Below, one piece after another: positions 58,552 through 64,000 of a stretch of 64,000 nucleotides of DNA. A program made the translations under genes and the position numbers. This DNA is from Promethearchaeota archaeon Loki_b32 (GTDB lineage: Archaea > Asgardarchaeota > Lokiarchaeia > Sigyniarchaeales > SOKP01). The stretch spans positions 160,001 through 224,000 of the forward strand of contig NJBH01000001.1 in NCBI GenBank assembly GCA_005223125.1, in the 5' to 3' direction. The first letter of the stretch is position 1. Each line of letters begins with the position of its first letter. Below the pieces are notes generated by a model. That model was not told the origin of the DNA and ran no database searches. It saw nothing but the letters and a program-made list of their open reading frames with translations.

Positions 58552-60009
58552 ATGAGTGATTTGATATGTGTGTTTGATGTTGGGACAACCGGAGCAAGAA
58601 CAATTATTTTTGATATTAATGGTAAAGAAATTGCCCGTGCTTATGAGGAATATCCTGTTGTGAAGGGTCCCGTTGGTATTTCAGAACAAGATCCAATAAT
58701 CTGGTGGAATGCTGTTAAAAATACTTGTAATAAGGTATCAAGAACTTTTAAAACTGAAGATATTATTGGGATATCAGCTTCATTTCTTCGTGGTACAATA
58801 ACGATTATTGATAAAAAAGGGGAGGTACTACATCCAGCTTTAACTTGGATGGATGAAAGACAAGAGACTACAGCATTAGAGTGGAAGAGAGAGGTAGATC
58901 TTAGAAGATCAATTCCTAAAATACTATGGCTTAAGAATAATAAACCAGATTTATTTAGTAAGGCAGATAAAATTATCCATCCGGATACTTATATATATAT
59001 GAAATTATGTGAAGAATGTGTTACGGACCCCACGAATGGAATTATGGGAATTTTAAATAAAAAAACACTTAATTGGGACAATGAGTTAGCAGAAACATTT
59101 GATTTGCCAATAGAATTATGGCCTGAATTACATACTCCAGGTGAAATTATTGGAGAATTATCTAGTTCGGCTGCAGATGCTTTAGGTTTAAAAAAAAATA
59201 TTCCAGTAATACTAGGCGGGGGAGATCAACAATGTTCGGCATTAGGCTTAGGTGTGATCAATAAAGGTCAAGCTAAAATCACTGTTGGAACTGGAACTTT
59301 CTTAGATTATGTAGTAGATGAACCTGTTGAACCTGCTGGAGATTTTCCTATTTTTTCATATCCTTCTGTGGTCAAGGGAAAATGGAATATTGAAGGTATC
59401 ACTCCGGGAACAGGCACGGCATTAAAATGGTTTACCGAAAATTTTTCACAATTACAAATTAAAGAGAGCCAAGAGAAAAATATCAATGTTTATGACATGT
59501 TAACAAAAGAAGCAGCAACAATACCTCCCGGAAGTGAAGGATTGTTATTTCTACCATTATATATCTTCCGAAAAGGGACCATTCATGGTTTAGGTTGGAA
59601 TCATACGAGGGGACATATGATACGAGCAATAATGGAATCTGCTGCGCTATCTGCCCAAATGTATCTTGGTTTTTTGGAAGGAATGGGCGGGGCTAAAACT
59701 ACTGAACTGAGGGTTGATGGCGGAGCGATGAATAGTGAGTTATGGGCTCAAATTTTTGCAGATGTTACATCAAAACGAATATTAATTCCAGAGATTAAAG
59801 ATGGTGCTGCTATGGGTGCTGCAATTTTAGGATTCATAGGGTGTAAAAGATATAATACATTTGAAGAAGCTATTGCAAAAATGGTTAGATTCCCTACAAT
59901 TAAAAGCCCAATTAAAGAAAATTCTAGGATCTACAAAAAACTAAATAGAATTTTCATGCCAGCATTATTAGATACATATAGCAAGAAGAGAGTAACAAAA
60001 GATCTCTAA
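58552..60009 (+). CDS. FGGY-family carbohydrate kinase (xylulokinase/glycerol kinase-like)
   Basis: DVGTTG, EQDP..WW, WMDER, GGGDQQC, GTG, DGGA. Confidence 0.9.
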   Translation: MSDLICVFDVGTTGARTIIFDINGKEIARAYEEYPVVKGPVGISEQDPIIWWNAVKNTCNKVSRTFKTEDIIGISASFLRGTITIIDKKGEVLHPALTWMDERQETTALEWKREVDLRRSIPKILWLKNNKPDLFSKADKIIHPDTYIYMKLCEECVTDPTNGIMGILNKKTLNWDNELAETFDLPIELWPELHTPGEIIGELSSSAADALGLKKNIPVILGGGDQQCSALGLGVINKGQAKITVGTGTFLDYVVDEPVEPAGDFPIFSYPSVVKGKWNIEGITPGTGTALKWFTENFSQLQIKESQEKNINVYDMLTKEAATIPPGSEGLLFLPLYIFRKGTIHGLGWNHTRGHMIRAIMESAALSAQMYLGFLEGMGGAKTTELRVDGGAMNSELWAQIFADVTSKRILIPEIKDGAAMGAAILGFIGCKRYNTFEEAIAKMVRFPTIKSPIKENSRIYKKLNRIFMPALLDTYSKKRVTKDL

Positions 60010-60190
60010 CTTTTCTTAGTTTTTTTTTTTAAATCTTAATCATGAAAATTATCTAATAGTACTAATAATTTTTAAATTGTGTAAAATTTTCATTGTAGAC
60101 TCCATATCTCCAATTATTTTTAAATTTAGAAAAGTATTTTTGGAATACTTAATTTCAAAATTTATAGAATATCATAAGGAACTATCTCAC

Positions 60191-61018
60191 ATGCCTTATT
60201 TTAAGAACCAAGAGGGTTACAATCTATATTATGAGAATATTAACCAAGATTCAAAAGCCTGTACTATTATTTTACTTCATGGATTTGCGTCCTCTGCTTC
60301 TTTTTTTAAGGCTCAAATAAAAATATTAAAAAATAATTATCGAATTATTGCTTTTGATGCATTAGGGCATGGGAGAAGTGATCACCCTAAAGAAATAAAC
60401 CTTTCAAAAAATCTTAGATATGATATTATTAGAGATTTAGAGAATCTTCTAGAACATTTGGAAGTAACCGAAAAGTATGGGATTATAGGGCATTCTCTAG
60501 TTGGCGGAATGATTGGACAATTATTTGCTGTAAAGCATCCTCAGAATATCAAATTTCTTATTCTGTTAAATTCAGGATACATCATGATTGATAATGTTAT
60601 AAGGAATATCTTTTATAATCTGCTCCCATATTTTATCCGAATGAATTTCCTGGATGTAGTAGCGAATTCTGTTGAGAAAATATTAGATAAGACAATTCCA
60701 TATATAATTACCGCGTTATCAGATACATTAGCAGGTTTAAACTTAACTAAAGATCAATTGCATATGCAAATTGAGGATCAAATTTTCCGTATGATACATG
60801 AAATAAAAGAATATGACCCATCAGGTATTAATTGCCCAACTTTAATAATAGGTGGAAGACTTGATAATTTTGCTCCAGAACAGATGTCAGAAAAATTACA
60901 TGATATGATTCCAAATTCCACATTAGAAATTATTGATATGGCAGGTCATTTTGCTCCAGCTCAGAGAAAAGAGGTAGTAAATGAATTAATTTGTAACTTT
61001 ATTAGAAAACTTTGGTGA
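60191..61018 (+). CDS. alpha/beta hydrolase
   Basis: LLHGF, DALGHGRS, GHSLVGG, GRLD, AGHF; start moved to ATG 60191. Confidence 0.88.
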   Translation: MPYFKNQEGYNLYYENINQDSKACTIILLHGFASSASFFKAQIKILKNNYRIIAFDALGHGRSDHPKEINLSKNLRYDIIRDLENLLEHLEVTEKYGIIGHSLVGGMIGQLFAVKHPQNIKFLILLNSGYIMIDNVIRNIFYNLLPYFIRMNFLDVVANSVEKILDKTIPYIITALSDTLAGLNLTKDQLHMQIEDQIFRMIHEIKEYDPSGINCPTLIIGGRLDNFAPEQMSEKLHDMIPNSTLEIIDMAGHFAPAQRKEVVNELICNFIRKLW

Positions 61019-61060
61019 AATTTACATATATTTCTCTTAATCATGTTATATTGATTTAAT

Positions 61061-61435
61061 ATGACCGAAAATAATAAGAATAATGATCTTGAAACCGTTA
61101 TTTCTTTTTTTAAAAAGGAAGTAAAAAAGTTTGTAGAAGCCCGTAATTGGACTGGTTATCATACCCCTAAGAATTTAATTCATGCAATAAATTGTGAAGC
61201 GGGAGAATTATCTCAACTATTTCTTTTTAAAGATTATAAGGTAGAGGAGATTTTGAATAACAAGAAGCTTCTTACTAACATTTCAGATGAAATTGCTGAT
61301 GTTTTTATTTACCTCATAAGTTTGATTAATGCTTTAGATTTGGATTTAAGCCAAATATTTATAAAAAAAATGGAAAAAAATAAAAAAAAATATTCAAGTA
61401 AAGAATTTAATAACGGAATATATTATAAAAAATAA
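61061..61435 (+). CDS. MazG-like / dCTP pyrophosphatase family nucleotide pyrophosphohydrolase
   Basis: RNW..YHTPKNL, EAGEL, DEIADVFIYL, KMEKN.KKY. Confidence 0.88.
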   Translation: MTENNKNNDLETVISFFKKEVKKFVEARNWTGYHTPKNLIHAINCEAGELSQLFLFKDYKVEEILNNKKLLTNISDEIADVFIYLISLINALDLDLSQIFIKKMEKNKKKYSSKEFNNGIYYKK

Positions 61436-61452
61436 AAATTTAAAAAACTATA

Positions 61453-61922
61453 ATGTCAGATATAAATAAAGCTATTTTAGCTCCATGTGGGTTATATTGT
61501 GGTGTATGTGCAATACATATCGCTGATAGAGACAATAATCTAAAGTTTAAAGAAAAACTTGTAGATGTCTATAAACCGTTTTCTAAAACTGTTGATGACA
61601 TCAAATGTAAAGGATGTCTCTCAGAAAATCAAGAGGATATTTTTGGATATTGTAAGATATGTCCAATAAGGGACTGTGTTAAAAGTAAAGGATTTGAGAG
61701 TTGTCATCAATGTGATGATTTTCCGTGTAAATTAATAGATCGTTTTCCTATCCCTGGGGGTAAAAAAGTTATTCTTAGAGCAATACCTCGATGGAAAGAA
61801 TTGGGACCGAAAAGTGGGTTGAAGAAGAGGAAAAAAGATACCATTGTCCTGAATGTGGTAACCCCTTGTTCCGAGGGGCAAAGAGATGCAATAAATGTGG
61901 AATCTCGGTTAATGTAGACTAA
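61453..61922 (+). pseudogene. DUF3795 Cys-rich protein with apparent 1-nt frameshift near 61805
   Basis: PCGLYCGVC, CKGC, CPIRDC, SCHQCDDFPC; the -1 frame continues TEKWVEEEEKRYHCPECGNPLFRGAKRCNKCGISVNVD*. Confidence 0.75.
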
Positions 61923-61984
61923 AGTAATTATTATTTCTTTATTAATAAGAAGAGTTTTTATGGATTTTTCTGGTATTATTTAAC

Positions 61985-62962
61985 ATGGTTGCTAAGAATA
62001 TTGATGACATAATTAAGGAACAATTAAACTACACCTTAAAAGAAACAGACTTTTCTAAATTGGGAGAATTATATCGAGGAAAAGTTAGAGATAACTATAT
62101 AAAAAAAGATAAAAGAATAATTATTGCAACAGACCGTCTGAGTGCTTTTGATAGGGTAATAACTACGATTCCATTTAAAGGACAAATGTTAAATCATGTT
62201 TCCTCCTTCTGGTTTGAAAAAACTAAAGATATTGTTAAAAATCATATTATAGATATTCCTGATCCGAATGTATCTGTAGTTCATCAATGTAAGACCGTCC
62301 CAGTTGAAGTGATTATAAGAGGTTATCTAACTGGAAATATGTGGCGCGATTATAATAAAGGAAAACCTACTTCAGGTATAATACCTCCAAAGGGAATGAA
62401 AAAGAATCAGAAATTTGATGAAATAATCATAACACCCTCTACAAAAGCAGAATCAGGACATGATATATACCTCTCTAAAGAAGAGATTCTTAAAAAAGGA
62501 ATGGTTGAGAAGGATGTTTATGAAAAGATGGAAGAAGCTGCACTTAAATTATTTAAATTCGGACAAGAGTTTTGTAAAAAGAACGGTCTTATCTTAGTTG
62601 ATACCAAATATGAATTTGGATTAAAAGAAGGTGAATTGATGGTTATTGACGAGATTCACACTCAAGATTCATCTCGATTCTGGATTCTCGATTCCTATCA
62701 AGAAAAATTTGAACAAGGAGTCAATCCTGAAATCTTAGATAAAGAAATCTTTAGAGGATGGCTTATGGAAACTTACCCAGAAATTTTTCCTGATATTAAG
62801 CCAGACGAAGATATTCCTCCAATCTCTGAAAATATAAAAGTAGAATTAGCAAAGAGATACATGCAGAGTTATGAAAAGATTACTGGGTTAGAATTTAATG
62901 GGGAAATTTCGGATGTAAAAAAGAGGATTTATGAAAATTTAAGGAAAGCCAACTATTTATAA
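61985..62962 (+). CDS. purC: SAICAR synthase
   Basis: YRGKVRD, TDRLSAFD, PVEVIIRGYLTG, LVDTKYEFG, DEIHT.DSSRFW. Confidence 0.95.
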   Translation: MVAKNIDDIIKEQLNYTLKETDFSKLGELYRGKVRDNYIKKDKRIIIATDRLSAFDRVITTIPFKGQMLNHVSSFWFEKTKDIVKNHIIDIPDPNVSVVHQCKTVPVEVIIRGYLTGNMWRDYNKGKPTSGIIPPKGMKKNQKFDEIIITPSTKAESGHDIYLSKEEILKKGMVEKDVYEKMEEAALKLFKFGQEFCKKNGLILVDTKYEFGLKEGELMVIDEIHTQDSSRFWILDSYQEKFEQGVNPEILDKEIFRGWLMETYPEIFPDIKPDEDIPPISENIKVELAKRYMQSYEKITGLEFNGEISDVKKRIYENLRKANYL

Positions 62963-63007
62963 CATTTAAGAAAAATTTAAATAATTACCACAGTATTTTT
63001 TCGTAAT

Positions 63008-63211
63008 ATGTTTGATTTAATTCTTTTATTTATTGATGCTGGATTATTTGTCCTTTCTTTCATATTTGTTATAATTGATTTTAAAAGCTATGTTGGAGAA
63101 AAAAATGAAACGTTAAAGGGGACTTTTATACCCAAACAAAGTCGTTATGCTTTATTATTTGGGCTTCTAGCAATTATAATTGCGGTACTTAATAGTTTAT
63201 TCTACGTATAG
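63008..63211 (+). CDS. small 2-TM hypothetical protein
   Basis: 67 aa with two hydrophobic segments. Confidence 0.5.
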   Translation: MFDLILLFIDAGLFVLSFIFVIIDFKSYVGEKNETLKGTFIPKQSRYALLFGLLAIIIAVLNSLFYV

Positions 63212-63438
63212 TTCATTAGCCCATCAGAAAGAATTAGTAATCTTAAGTATTTACTACTTTTTTAAGATATAAATTGATCATTTAATTTCTCATTTTTCTC
63301 GTAGAATTCTAGGATTTAGCTTGGTGTAATTACATAAATTAAATTGAGGAAAAACTAGCTCTTGTCGTTTTTGTCGATGCACATTATTTTTAAGTTAATA
63401 AGAATTAATAAAAATATACACAACTTCTTTTTTCGTAA

Positions 63439-63711
63439 ATGGCTCTTCAAGAATTTATTGTTGAAGTTATTATAACTAATAAAGAAAAGGCGCGCGACCC
63501 AGTAGGTGAAACCATAAAACGAGACCTACTTGCAAAAAAAGGTTATGATATGGTCTCAAATGTTAGAAGTGGCCAATATTTAAGGTTTAATCTTAATACT
63601 GAAAGTGAAGAGCGCGCTAAAAACATTGTTGAAGACTTGTTAAACAAGTTGAGAATTTATAACCCGGTAACTCAAAATTTCAGGATTTTAAAACTACAAA
63701 AAGAGTCTTAA
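63439..63711 (+). CDS. purS: FGAM synthase subunit PurS
   Basis: DPVGETI, VRSG, YNPVTQ; directly upstream of purQ. Confidence 0.9.
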   Translation: MALQEFIVEVIITNKEKARDPVGETIKRDLLAKKGYDMVSNVRSGQYLRFNLNTESEERAKNIVEDLLNKLRIYNPVTQNFRILKLQKES

Positions 63712-63717
63712 GAAATT

Positions 63718-64000
63718 ATGAGTATAAAAATAGCTGTAATCCAATTTCCGGGAGCTAATTGTGATTTGGACACTATTCATGTATTAAAAGATGTTATGCA
63801 TATTGATGTTGATTTAATCTGGCATAACTATTTTAAGGAGTCTAAGTATGACGGTGTTATTTTACCCGGTGGTTTTTCATTTGGTGATTATTTAAGAAGT
63901 GGAATTATTGCGGCTCATAGTCCTGCAATTGATGAGGCAAAAATAATGGTAAAAGACGGGAGACCTGTAATAGGTATTTGTAATGGATGTCAAATTTTAG
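63718..64000 (+). CDS. purQ: FGAM synthase glutaminase subunit PurQ (partial, runs off the window)
   Basis: translated by hand: MSIKIAVIQFPGANCD...LPGGFSFGDYLRSG...GICNGCQIL. Confidence 0.93.
   Translation, partial: MSIKIAVIQFPGANCDLDTIHVLKDVMHIDVDLIWHNYFKESKYDGVILPGGFSFGDYLRSGIIAAHSPAIDEAKIMVKDGRPVIGICNGCQIL

Noticed and set aside
63293-63385. 30-codon minus-strand ORF between the small TM gene and purS
   Set aside because: Too short, with no SD and no recognisable motif.
1-64000. Selenoprotein (UGA read-through) candidates, expected in Lokiarchaeia
   Set aside because: The TGA-terminated ORFs I checked (11236, 24782, 61018) hit further stops quickly with no homologous continuation; the check was not exhaustive.
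1-64000. CRISPR array, tRNA/rRNA, IS element or integrase
   Set aside because: No regularly spaced repeats, GC-rich structured RNA blocks or transposase/recombinase motifs were seen by eye.

Overview
This AT-rich, gene-dense archaeal window most likely comes from an Asgard archaeon of the Lokiarchaeia/Promethearchaeota type. That is inferred from archaeal CdhA, RadA, tRNA-splicing endonuclease and A/V-type ATPase, plus an Arf/Rag-like small GTPase fused to an N-terminal extra domain, V4R proteins, a stand-alone MCP and frequent TTG starts. Main blocks: cdhA; a V4R/V4R/GTPase cluster; alpha-glucan and nucleotide-sugar genes (GalT-like, NDP-sugar pyrophosphorylase, GH57 branching enzyme, degenerate PMM); radA; and a rearranged A/V-ATPase operon (K-C-H-F-E-A-B-D-I-orf-A'). 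Further along are DUF47 plus two VIT1/CCC1 proteins, a 2-hydroxyacyl-CoA dehydratase system, GH13, an amino-sugar cluster (glmU-like, glmS, nagB, glmM), an AGPS-like oxidase/Fe-S/FGGY operon and purC-purS-purQ. No rRNA, tRNA, CRISPR array, transposase or integrase was seen. The most notable observations are four. (1) The second ATPase A subunit has the phosphate-binding Arg of GERGNE replaced by Pro, and follows an unknown membrane/Zn-ribbon ORF. (2) Several genes, including ATPase D and E, seem to need ATT/ATA start codons. (3) A 58-bp duplicate of the GH57 3' end flanks a beta-lactamase-family gene, resembling an att-like cassette insertion. (4) The V4R + longin-like/GTPase cluster recalls TRAPP-Rab logic. 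Several pseudogenes and fragments are also present. All protein calls rest on motif recognition from memory, not database searches.
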